Source: a virus
Lineage: Duplodnaviria > Caudoviricetes
Direction: 5' to 3' (one strand)
Virus record (IMG/VR): IMGVR_UViG_3300008007_000037
Span: 1-37,134 of that record
DNA: 37,134 nucleotides
Shown: piece after piece, positions 10,009-17,507 of the stretch
How positions within the stretch are numbered: the first letter of the stretch is position 1
How the letters are laid out: each line of letters opens with the position of its first letter
Position numbers and translations under genes: made by a program
The notes under the pieces: generated by a model
What the model saw: only the letters and a program-made list of their open reading frames with translations
Told to the model about the DNA's origin: nothing
Databases searched by the model: none

Positions 10009-10678
10009 GGTTACCGAATAGTATTATGTATGCAGGCAATTCTGCATCGGTTATGGTTAATGAAGCAATGGTAAGCGTGCCCATTAGCGCGGTGGTAAAG
10101 GGCGTGGCAAAATCAAAGTCATAATCACCAGCGCCAGCGGCATAGCTACGCTCTGTGCCATCATATTCTATAGTCACAGCGCTGCAATTTACCAAGTCAA
10201 AACTTGCAATAGTGCCTACCTGCACATTGCTTATCACATCATCATCAAATGGGAAAGTGTGCGTGCCCGTGTCAAAGGCTATTTGCCGAGCAAATGACTT
10301 ATCAATAGTAATCACCTCTGTACTTGTGTCTCCACTTTTACCTGTTACAGATCCAAGGCTCACACCATCTTGATCTTCTAAATTAATGGTTGCATCTGGT
10401 GCTTCAATTTTCTGCCCAGATTTACCAGTTACAATAGCTACTGGCGCTCCAAGGTTTGAATCATCAGTATCTACTAATTGCACAGGTGTGTCTACAATGT
10501 CAGCATCTGCACTTGCGCCACTAGCCACAGTGGTAGTGGCTAGTGTGGTGCCTTCGCTGTTCTTGCTTAGCACGGTGGCGTCTGGGCAGGCACCGCCACC
10601 GCCATCTTGGTTAAGATATCCAACGGTAGCAGGTTCAGCTACAATTACATTGGTCAATATGGCGTCTTCTGCTATCAT
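10001..10678 (-). CDS. Putative virion structural (tail fibre/baseplate) protein
   Basis: Acidic Thr/Ala/Gly-rich beta composition within a late operon. Confidence 0.55.
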   Translation of the reverse strand: MIAEDAILTNVIVAEPATVGYLNQDGGGGACPDATVLSKNSEGTTLATTTVASGASADADIVDTPVQLVDTDDSNLGAPVAIVTGKSGQKIEAPDATINLEDQDGVSLGSVTGKSGDTSTEVITIDKSFARQIAFDTGTHTFPFDDDVISNVQVGTIASFDLVNCSAVTIEYDGTERSYAAGAGDYDFDFATPFTTALMGTLTIASLTITDAELPAYIILFGNHE

Positions 10679-11067
10679 ACCAACTTAATGCCCAAATTTT
10701 GGCCAGCAATCATCTCACATACATAAGAGTAATCGCTTTCATTTTGAAATTGATCTAAACTAAAATCAGTATCATCACTGGCAACTATTACACGCGCATG
10801 CAGATCACCAGGTTTCATTTTAGCTGTTACCAATTTGTCTACATTCAATGCAATTACACCAGTGCTTGGTGAATTAATAGCTAAACTACCATACACATGG
10901 TTTTGCACCTGCACATTAGCATAGCGTTTCACAACGGTGTTTTTGCCTTGCACCAAATAAACGGCAACAGCAGCGCCAGTTAAATTTCTAGCGCTGCCAT
11001 CTTTATTTTTTACCGCAATAGTGAATTGCAAATCACTACCAATGCTGCTTACGTCTCCTTTTGCCAT
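10675..11067 (-). CDS. Putative baseplate/BppU-N-like structural protein
   Basis: FTIAVKNKDGSARNLTGAAV pattern resembles BppU N-terminal domains. Confidence 0.5.
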   Translation of the reverse strand: MAKGDVSSIGSDLQFTIAVKNKDGSARNLTGAAVAVYLVQGKNTVVKRYANVQVQNHVYGSLAINSPSTGVIALNVDKLVTAKMKPGDLHARVIVASDDTDFSLDQFQNESDYSYVCEMIAGQNLGIKLV

Positions 11068-11069
11068 TT

Positions 11070-11621
11070 TTAAGATGTTTGTACTTCTTTATTTACCGCA
11101 ATAACATCCATAGTAGTGCCGTTATAAAAACAAAACCAAGTGTCAATTCTGCCTACGGCTGTGGTTAAAGTGGGTGCTGGTGATGTAGTAGACCATTTAC
11201 TGCTAGCTAATGAGATTGTGTAACTTCCATCACCACCTATTTTAAATCGAAACAAATAGGCACCAGGTTTTGCATTTATAAAATCAAAACTTTTAACATC
11301 ACCAATTACATCTAGATTAATTACTCTAGCTGCAGATAAATCAAGATCTGCACCATCCCTAATATTTACGGTATCAGCAACACTATCAGGAAGCGGTGGG
11401 TATGTGGTTAGCGTGCTCCAATCTGGCTTAACAAACCAACTAGCAAGTGAAGTCTTGATGTAAGTAATTAAAGTAGATAACGTCATCCACTTGTAGCGTG
11501 AACCAGCATTAGCGCTGGCATCATATACGCCTATCCTATCTGCATCGGCTGGCGCAGTTAATTCAGAAGCTGCTGGCGAGCTTATTCCGCCAAGTATTTC
11601 TTCAATGCTATTACTCTCCAT
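11070..11621 (-). CDS. Putative tail fibre-associated protein
   Basis: C-terminal PAPTLTTAVGRIDTWFCFYNGTT resembles fibre C-terminal modules. Confidence 0.5.
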   Translation of the reverse strand: MESNSIEEILGGISSPAASELTAPADADRIGVYDASANAGSRYKWMTLSTLITYIKTSLASWFVKPDWSTLTTYPPLPDSVADTVNIRDGADLDLSAARVINLDVIGDVKSFDFINAKPGAYLFRFKIGGDGSYTISLASSKWSTTSPAPTLTTAVGRIDTWFCFYNGTTMDVIAVNKEVQTS

Positions 11622-12123
11622 AAGTCATGTATGTATTTTCAAAAGTCACAAGCGCATCACCAAAAGTTATAAATGAGCCTTCCGAGGGTTCATTATAGAA
11701 ACCATAATATTGATCGCTTGATGTGTTAATAGATAGGATGTAGCCATTTTGACCACTCGCTTGAGCGTTGATAGTAGGTTGTGCGGTTATAAATGCAGGA
11801 AATTCTTCACTACCAATAAGTATAACATCACCAGCACCAGTAGTAATTTTAAGTACTAGCTCTTTTTGCTGAATGGCATTTAGTAATGTGTGATTTGCTG
11901 CACCAACTTTTGGCGTAAAACCATTCATTGAAATAGTTGCAGCATCTTCACTGATAGAAATATCACTGCTAAACTGAGCAATATCAAGCTCTACCCACGG
12001 ACCATTTGTAAGAATATAACCTACATAATTGAAATCAGGACCAAGCACGGGCATGCTGGTAATGTTTTGTATAAAAACATACTCAATTCTACTTATGCTG
12101 GCCACTAACCCGTCTCTGATCAT
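11611..12123 (-). CDS. Putative structural protein, first gene of late operon 3
   Basis: ATG 12123 is 4 nt after the promoter motif; VILIGSEEFPA resembles LRQLGSENLPV in the tail-tube candidate. Confidence 0.55.
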   Translation of the reverse strand: MIRDGLVASISRIEYVFIQNITSMPVLGPDFNYVGYILTNGPWVELDIAQFSSDISISEDAATISMNGFTPKVGAANHTLLNAIQQKELVLKITTGAGDVILIGSEEFPAFITAQPTINAQASGQNGYILSINTSSDQYYGFYNEPSEGSFITFGDALVTFENTYMTYGE

Positions 12124-12127
12124 GCAA

Positions 12128-12163
12128 CGAAGTTGCAACGGCTATTTTATTAGCGAAAGGACA
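12128..12163 (-). promoter_or_regulatory. Putative late promoter 3 (TGTCC-N27-TTCG)
   Basis: TGTCCTTTCGC...CAACTTCG then TTGC-ATG. Confidence 0.72.
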
Positions 12164-12171
12164 TCGAAGGA

Positions 12172-12963
12172 CTAAATAGGCAAATGCACATTACTCAAAT
12201 GAGCTTTTGAAATATGCGTATAAATCATGGTAGTTTCTATGCGTGAATGACCGAGCATATTGGCTAATGTAGGTAAATCAACGCCACTTTCTATAAGCGT
12301 AGTAGCAAAGCTGTGTCTTAACTGATGAAAATGCACGTTTGATCCGATATATCGCTTTACAATTTTATTGCAACTCATAGGTGAATATTGCTCAGAAAAT
12401 TGACCTTTAAAAAGATAAATCGTTGGTCTGTATTGTTTGTAGTATTCACGCAAAACAAGCAACACGTTTTCGCTCAAAGGCAGATTGCGATCTTTAAACC
12501 CTTTGCTGCACTTAATGGTTATTTCCATTCGATCACTATCTATATCAGTCAGCTTCAAATTACAAACTTCACTTACTCTCAATCCCACAGAATTACCAAG
12601 CATCATAATAGCTTTATGCTTTAAATTATCACATCGATCAATACCATCAAGAATCACTTTTTTAGCAATAGCTTTTGGTAGTTTCTTATGCTTTCTAGGT
12701 CTGTAAAAAATGACTTTATTATACTTTTTACCCAATACAGATTGGTAAAAAAACTTCAATGCATTCACCACTTGGTTTTGGTGCGACTGCGATTTATACT
12801 GATAGTTTTCAATGTATTTCTGAAACTCGTCAGCGCTTACTCTGTTTGCAGGTTTATCTAATTGATGCAAATATTGATTTATAAAATGCAGATATATCTT
12901 TTGCGTGTTTTTGGCGTAACCAAGCAGCCGCATTTTCTGCTCTGAACTTTGGTAAAAATCCAT
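12172..12963 (-). CDS. Tyrosine recombinase (XerD/integron-integrase-like, about 263 aa) adjacent to the cassette array
   Basis: GLRVSEV (R), SKGFKDR (K), HQLRHSFAT (HxxR), LGHSRIETTMIYTH (H, Y); SAM-like N-terminal domain; start taken at ATG 12963. Confidence 0.93.
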   Translation of the reverse strand: MDFYQSSEQKMRLLGYAKNTQKIYLHFINQYLHQLDKPANRVSADEFQKYIENYQYKSQSHQNQVVNALKFFYQSVLGKKYNKVIFYRPRKHKKLPKAIAKKVILDGIDRCDNLKHKAIMMLGNSVGLRVSEVCNLKLTDIDSDRMEITIKCSKGFKDRNLPLSENVLLVLREYYKQYRPTIYLFKGQFSEQYSPMSCNKIVKRYIGSNVHFHQLRHSFATTLIESGVDLPTLANMLGHSRIETTMIYTHISKAHLSNVHLPI

Positions 12964-13012
12964 AGTGTAGGTATTGTATTTATTGGGGTGTTGTTTATTT
13001 TGACGGTTGTAG
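12964..13012 (+). other. attI-like primary recombination site (G|TT at 13006-13008)
   Basis: First cassette starts with GTTGTAGG here with no preceding hairpin arm, directly upstream of the recombinase start. Confidence 0.6.
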
Positions 13013-13024
13013 GTAATAAGCCTA

Positions 13025-13201
13025 CTAACATTCTGCATAAGTCCAAGTTTCCATATTTTCACCTTGTGCTTTTCCTTTCCAAGAAAACCTGTCGAATCCT
13101 TTGTGTCTTACACTTATCCATTTATGCATCCAATCACCGTTATCACGTTGATAATTCTGTCCTATCAATTTTCTGTTTTTATCAAAAATATTCTGTCTCA
13201 T
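13025..13201 (-). CDS. Cassette 1 hypothetical protein (58 aa, not in ORF track)
   Basis: MRQNIFDKNRKLIGQNYQRDNGDWMHKWISVRHKGFDRFSWKGKAQGENMETWTYAEC*; fills the cassette body. Confidence 0.7.
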   Translation of the reverse strand: MRQNIFDKNRKLIGQNYQRDNGDWMHKWISVRHKGFDRFSWKGKAQGENMETWTYAEC

Positions 13202-13241
13202 AAGTCAAGTTTTTGAGTTTAAAATCCGTAGGCTTACATAC

Positions 13242-13367
13242 CTACAACAATAAATATGAAGTAATAAGGCAAGTCCGTTGACTCGGACGATTTTTGTATA
13301 AGCAGTTATCAACTGCGGTATCTCATTTATTTTATTTGCCTTACTACTCATATTATTAACGTTGTGG
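13242..13367 (+). repeat. attC-like site 1
   Basis: AAC 13246; arms AATATGAAGTAATAAGGCAA / TTGCCTTACTACTCATATT; GTT 13361. Confidence 0.85.
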
Positions 13368-13376
13368 TGCATTTGC

Positions 13377-13598
13377 CTACGCACCTCTTAAAATAGCCTT
13401 TCTGTTTTCAATATCTACTTCAAATTCAATTCCACAGTCACATTTACAAGGTGAGTGCCTGTTTACATTTGCCATTACATCATCAGGGCAATTTTCAAGT
13501 GTATATACTTCTAAAAAGCAATCACCACTTTTGCTTTGAAATTCCCTTTCTTCCCCACAATTAGGGCAGTTTACCATTACAGAATCATACATTCCCAT
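13377..13598 (-). CDS. Cassette 2 protein, Zn-ribbon-like
   Basis: MGMYD...CPNCG...FQSKSGDC...CDCG. Confidence 0.8.
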   Translation of the reverse strand: MGMYDSVMVNCPNCGEEREFQSKSGDCFLEVYTLENCPDDVMANVNRHSPCKCDCGIEFEVDIENRKAILRGA

Positions 13599-13612
13599 CG
13601 CTCAAAAACGCA

Positions 13613-13743
13613 CCACAACAATGTATAACAGCAATAGCGGTTGCGGTGCTTAATTTTAGCACTATTGCTTTCAATTAATATATGTTTTAACTCAATCATT
13701 CGTGCTTCTTAATCCGCTACTGCGGTTATACTCTCCGTTGTGC
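13613..13743 (+). repeat. attC-like site 2
   Basis: AAC 13617; arms GTATAACAGCAATAGCGG / CCGCTACTGCGGTTATAC; GTT 13737. Confidence 0.85.
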
Positions 13744-13758
13744 TTCATTAAAACGAAA

Positions 13759-14206
13759 GCACAACATGCAATATAAAACATGCTTATTGCTGTGCTTCGT
13801 TTCAACGTCTGTGCTATTAGGAAGGGAAATAATAATGCCTTCCCACGCTCAACTACTTCTTAATTTCAGGCCAGTTCCATTGTCCAGCTTCTTCACCTTT
13901 CAATGCACTTGTAACCCAAAAACTACCCTCACCATCATTTTGCACATTTAAGTTGATAGCTGCTTCTTCAGTATCTCCCCAAACTGCCACTACAATAGCG
14001 GGTAGTTTTTCTTGAACATTGCAGTTTGACGCATCTTCCATACGCTTCTGCTCTTCTTTTGTGGTGTTATAAATAACCACTCTTCCAATTGTTGGTAACA
14101 TAATAAATATGGGTTTTACAAAGCCCGCCCAAGGCATTATTATTTTTGTTCTTCGTAGCAAGGTCAGTGCTATATTCCGCACGTTTCATATTGCTGTACG
14201 TTGGCA
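13759..14206 (+). repeat. attC-like site 3, expanded (gene inside loop)
   Basis: AAC 13763; arms GCAATATAAAACATGC (13768) / GCACGTTTCATATTGC (14179); GTT 14200. Confidence 0.8.
13853..14101 (-). CDS. Hypothetical protein (82 aa) nested in attC3
   Basis: MLPTIGRVVIY...LPAIVVAVW...WNWPEIKK; start reassigned to ATG 14101. Confidence 0.8.
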   Translation of the reverse strand: MLPTIGRVVIYNTTKEEQKRMEDASNCNVQEKLPAIVVAVWGDTEEAAINLNVQNDGEGSFWVTSALKGEEAGQWNWPEIKK

Positions 14207-14210
14207 GCAA

Positions 14211-14483
14211 TTAGAACAACTTACCAAACAACTTTCTGATTTCGGGCTTATGAGTAACGTCATTACCATAATCTGATACGTTATTGACGAATTCCGCTAT
14301 ATTTTCCTTATCAATAGTTCCAGTCGATTCGACTATTGCGAAATGTCCTTGAATGGCCTGATCTTCCCATTCCCAAGCTATATAAGCCCGAAATTGTCCA
14401 TTTTCAGGAAGCAATACAATACCCCCAATTGCTTTACCTTTTACTCTTGAGTAATCTTTTGATTTTGTTTTGACTGAATTCAT
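14211..14483 (-). CDS. Cassette 4 hypothetical protein
   Basis: ORF bounded by IR GTTGGCAGCAATTA / TAACTGCTGCCAAC. Confidence 0.8.
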   Translation of the reverse strand: MNSVKTKSKDYSRVKGKAIGGIVLLPENGQFRAYIAWEWEDQAIQGHFAIVESTGTIDKENIAEFVNNVSDYGNDVTHKPEIRKLFGKLF

Positions 14484-14502
14484 TTTCGATTGAATTAACT
14501 GC

Positions 14503-14632
14503 TGCCAACAATTGCTATAAAAACATAGGGCAGTCAGTGGTTATACAAAGTGTAGGGGTCTTTATTGTCGTCCGTGCTTATCGGACAGTTTCGGCTATCT
14601 ATGCCCTACGTTTCATAGCATAGCCGTTATAG
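14503..14632 (+). repeat. attC-like site 4
   Basis: AAC 14507; arms GCTATAAAAACATAGGGC / GCCCTACGTTTCATAGC; GTT 14626. Confidence 0.85.
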
Positions 14633-14638
14633 GTAAGG

Positions 14639-14836
14639 CTAAAAATGCTTCGGACACCATTCCCAATTTTCCTCACGAAATTGTTTAACAGGAATAGTAA
14701 CAACCGTGCATCCAACAGCGATATATTCACCATACTCTCGTTTCTCTTTTAATGTTGGTTTGTCATTTGGTTGCCCAGCCAATTTATATTTGTTTCCTTC
14801 ACACGGACATTTAAAAATTCTTACAGGTTGTTCCAT
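14639..14836 (-). CDS. Cassette 5 small Cys-containing protein
   Basis: ORF bounded by IR GTTATAGGTAAGGCT / AGCCCTACCTATAAC. Confidence 0.78.
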   Translation of the reverse strand: MEQPVRIFKCPCEGNKYKLAGQPNDKPTLKEKREYGEYIAVGCTVVTIPVKQFREENWEWCPKHF

Positions 14837-14863
14837 TTTATTTAAGTTTGTGAGAAGCCCTAC

Positions 14864-14996
14864 CTATAACAGCACATAGGCAATATGGCGGGGTTCTCGG
14901 TTAATATTAAGTTTAGTTTTTCAAATCAAGTTTAGTGCTTATAGATAGTTTTCGTTTCCAAAATCCGCCACATCGCCTATCTGCAAAACGTTATAG
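14864..14996 (+). repeat. attC-like site 5
   Basis: AAC 14868; arms GCACATAGGCAATATGGCGG / CCGCCACATCGCCTATCTGC; GTT 14990. Confidence 0.85.
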
Positions 14997-15001
14997 GGCA
15001 T

Positions 15002-15325
15002 TTACTGCAACCTTAAAGACCTAAACCAATTCAATAATCTATTTTTATTACCAAGAGAGTATCCCCATTTTCCAGTAATCAAAAAGGTTAGTGGCAGTCC
15101 TACAATCATTAATAGCATTGTGAGTAACGCAAATGGCAGAGTTAACCTTATCCAAAAACTTACAGGCTCTTTTTCTTCGTAGTAAAAATCCATCCTCAAT
15201 TCAATCAACCTATCTACCATTTCCTCGCTACTAAGTTTTGAAAGTTCAGGAAAAACCTTTTTGAATCTCGGCATATAATTAGCATATCCGTTTGACCAAG
15301 TACGTTTTAGTTTTCTATACATCAT
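15002..15325 (-). CDS. Cassette 6 membrane protein
   Basis: Hydrophobic LTLPFALLTMLLMIVGLPLTFLITG; bounded by IR GTTATAGGGCATTT / AAACGCCCTATAAC. Confidence 0.8.
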   Translation of the reverse strand: MMYRKLKRTWSNGYANYMPRFKKVFPELSKLSSEEMVDRLIELRMDFYYEEKEPVSFWIRLTLPFALLTMLLMIVGLPLTFLITGKWGYSLGNKNRLLNWFRSLRLQ

Positions 15326-15337
15326 AATAAAAACGCC

Positions 15338-15467
15338 CTATAACAAAGTGTATAGCAAATAGCCGTTATTGGGCTGTAATTAAACTATTTGCGTGTTTAT
15401 AAATTAGTTTCTTATCTCAATGGTCTGTGCATTTTATCGGCTACTTGCCATACACAAAACGCTATAA
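15338..15467 (+). repeat. attC-like site 6 (right end reads GCT, fused to attC7 arm)
   Basis: AAC 15342; arms GTGTATAGCAAATAGCCG / CGGCTACTTGCCATACAC. Confidence 0.8.
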
Positions 15468-15924
15468 GTAATGCGGGTGTCGTAGCTCGTATGAAGGTTT
15501 GTGCTATGCTTCTTTTTTTGCCAACGCACTGTAATCAATATCATCAATAAAATCGTCAACTTCACACATCATTAATTCAGCGTATTTCTGATTAATGGCT
15601 TTTGATGTTTCAGATTCGCTTTTTGATGATAATTCATAAATCAGTTCTTTCAACGCTTTTATTTGTGATGATTGCCATTCAACCATACATAGAGGACAGC
15701 TTTGAGATTCCCCATTTACATCTGTCCACATATACTCATATATGGTCTTGTTTCCGCATTCACAACTTGTGTGGTTGTCTTTGTCCTTTAGGTGTTTTGA
15801 AGTTATAGTTTCCATTTTATATTTAGTTTATGCCCACGCTCAAAAAAGAAGCGGGAGCGGTTAATACTCGTATCAAGGTCAGTTCTGTAATGCCCGCACT
15901 ACCCATAGCTGTGTTACGTTATGC
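15461..15924 (+). repeat. attC-like site 7, expanded (gene inside loop)
   Basis: Arms GCTATAAGTAATGCGGG (15461) / CCCGCACTACCCATAGC (15893); GTT 15918. Confidence 0.75.
15504..15815 (-). CDS. Zn-finger-like hypothetical protein nested in attC7
   Basis: CECG...CPLC followed by coiled coil. Confidence 0.8.
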   Translation of the reverse strand: METITSKHLKDKDNHTSCECGNKTIYEYMWTDVNGESQSCPLCMVEWQSSQIKALKELIYELSSKSESETSKAINQKYAELMMCEVDDFIDDIDYSALAKKEA

Positions 15925-16116
15925 GCAATTAAGTTCCGATAACTTTACCGTTAACCAATATGGCACATCATACTCTTCATCATTTCTTACATATTCTCCT
16001 TCTTCATCCCAGTCCCAAAATGGATTAGCTATATTGCAAGTCCCATCTTCAAATATTGTTTCTATATGTGTTTGTTTCCCTGCATATTCAACTGTTTGAC
16101 CTTCTTCGTATTTCAT
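15919..16116 (-). CDS. Cassette 8 small acidic protein (65 aa)
   Basis: MKYEEGQTVEY...; start reassigned to 16116; stop overlaps the GTTA core. Confidence 0.78.
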   Translation of the reverse strand: MKYEEGQTVEYAGKQTHIETIFEDGTCNIANPFWDWDEEGEYVRNDEEYDVPYWLTVKLSELNCA

Positions 16117-16134
16117 AATATTTTTAATAAAAGC

Positions 16135-16227
16135 GCATAACCCACGGTATAAACAAACCGCCAATTAGCCTTATTTGTACTATTGAACTGTCTTATAGGC
16201 GGTCAGTTCATACCGCTCTTGTTACCG
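16135..16227 (+). repeat. attC-like site 8
   Basis: AAC 16139; arms CGGTATAAACAAACCGCC / GGCGGTCAGTTCATACCG; GTT 16221. Confidence 0.82.
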
Positions 16228-16295
16228 TGCATTGCTATAAAATTAATTAGTAGCAATCTTTGAACGTCACAGCCTTAAAGAAGGAAGCAACGACA

Positions 16296-16610
16296 CGGTA
16301 ACATTTTGTATAAATAATAATTAAAAACCGAACGGGCTACCATCTTTGAAAATATCGCCAAAAATGGAGCTAAACGGATTTTCTTCCGTACACTTATATA
16401 CTATTAATTTACCAAAATCAGGGTATTTCTTTTTCAAATAATCCTCGAATTTCACCTGAGCTTCTACACTGCTATATTTGTTTTTAGCTCGCATAGTTCC
16501 GCTTTTCAAAACCGCACCATTTTTAGCTTGTGCGGTATATTTAATTAAGTAGTTCTTTTGTTGCATTTTATCATGTTTTTAATTACTATTCATACAATTT
16601 ACCGTTATCT
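16296..16610 (+). repeat. attC-like site 9, expanded (gene inside loop)
   Basis: AAC 16300; arms TTGTATAAATAATAATTAAAAAC / GTTTTTAATTACTATTCATACAA; GTT 16604. Confidence 0.8.
16321..16566 (-). CDS. Hypothetical protein nested in attC9
   Basis: 81 aa ORF; its stop codon lies in the left arm of the hairpin. Confidence 0.78.
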   Translation of the reverse strand: MQQKNYLIKYTAQAKNGAVLKSGTMRAKNKYSSVEAQVKFEDYLKKKYPDFGKLIVYKCTEENPFSSIFGDIFKDGSPFGF

Positions 16611-16805
16611 TCAAGTTTTCCCTCCACCGCGCTCTAAGGGCAACCGTACTATCCGATACTTTTCGTTTTCAAATTCTTTTTGCTTTTTTTTAGAAAAGAC
16701 GTGTTCCAGTTGATTTGCTGTCAACTCGGTAGCTTCCAAAATAGGAGATCGCGAACCAAATATTCGCGCTTCCCCTGTCTGTTTGTTTAAGAACCAGTAT
16801 GGCAT
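16611..16805 (-). CDS. Cassette 10 small protein, possibly DNA-binding
   Basis: 64 aa basic, helix-turn-helix-like middle. Confidence 0.65.
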   Translation of the reverse strand: MPYWFLNKQTGEARIFGSRSPILEATELTANQLEHVFSKKKQKEFENEKYRIVRLPLERGGGKT

Positions 16806-16811
16806 AACTGT

Positions 16812-17057
16812 TTAATTTACGGTATATTGATCAATTTGCTGCCAGTCAAATTCAGGATAAACCTTTTTGTTTTCCCTCGCTGTTACCGTTACGCTGACAT
16901 TGTTTTGCTTTGCTATTTGAATGTACTGGTCTATAAAATTTGATGACTTTTCAACGTCATTACTTGTAATGGAGCAGGAGCTTCCTATTCCTTCCAATGG
17001 CTTTGAGTAGTTGAACTCAATTCTAAATTTGTTTTTTGGGCTTCTTAATTTTGACAT
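16812..17057 (-). CDS. Cassette 10 hypothetical protein
   Basis: 81 aa ORF in a tight operon. Confidence 0.7.
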   Translation of the reverse strand: MSKLRSPKNKFRIEFNYSKPLEGIGSSCSITSNDVEKSSNFIDQYIQIAKQNNVSVTVTARENKKVYPEFDWQQIDQYTVN

Positions 17058-17065
17058 GGTATTGA

Positions 17066-17383
17066 TTATTTAGTGTTAGACATCATTCTTACTTTATCAG
17101 CTCCGAAGTAAGCAACTGCTTTAGCGTGGTTGCTTTCAGAGTAAGGCTTTGTGTAGGTTGTTCCGATTTCGCAATCAAAAGTTCCCAATCTACTTTGAGC
17201 TTCTTGAAGGTTACCCATCAAATCCATTCTTTTCAGTCCTTCGCTGATTGTGATTTTTCTAAAGTTGTTCATCAAATCAACCATGAAGTCTTTTAAGCTC
17301 ACGTTGTAAAACCCTTTGATTTTGCTGTTGTAGTAGTTTACTACTTCTTCTCTGTTGGCTTTTAAAAATTCTTGAGTTGTCAT
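17066..17383 (-). CDS. Cassette 10 hypothetical protein
   Basis: Start at ATG 17383 (MTTQEFL) downstream of a TATATTTG promoter box. Confidence 0.75.
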   Translation of the reverse strand: MTTQEFLKANREEVVNYYNSKIKGFYNVSLKDFMVDLMNNFRKITISEGLKRMDLMGNLQEAQSRLGTFDCEIGTTYTKPYSESNHAKAVAYFGADKVRMMSNTK

Positions 17384-17413
17384 TTCGTTGTCTTTTTGTT
17401 TGTTTCTATACCC

Positions 17414-17446
17414 CAAATATACAACCTATTTTGGAACTACCAAAGA
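17414..17446 (-). promoter_or_regulatory. Host-type (Bacteroidota sigma-A) promoter within cassette 10
   Basis: -7 box TATATTTG at 17421-17414 with TTTG about 20 nt upstream. Confidence 0.7.
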
Positions 17447-17507
17447 AAAAAGCAAAATATTTCAAATAATTTGTGTTTTCGTAAAGCCAACGCGCGGAAA
17501 AACCAGA

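Noticed and set aside
12964-13062. N-terminal 33-aa extension of the recombinase in the ORF track
   Set aside because: It overlaps cassette 1 and the attI-like site; ATG 12963 gives a normal domain start.
14102-14182. N-terminal extensions of cassette ORFs (also 16117-16164 and 17384-17416) and plus-strand ORFs such as 12949..13203, 13766..13951, 15830..16099, 17372..17593
   Set aside because: They run through hairpin arms or promoters and look like shadow frames.
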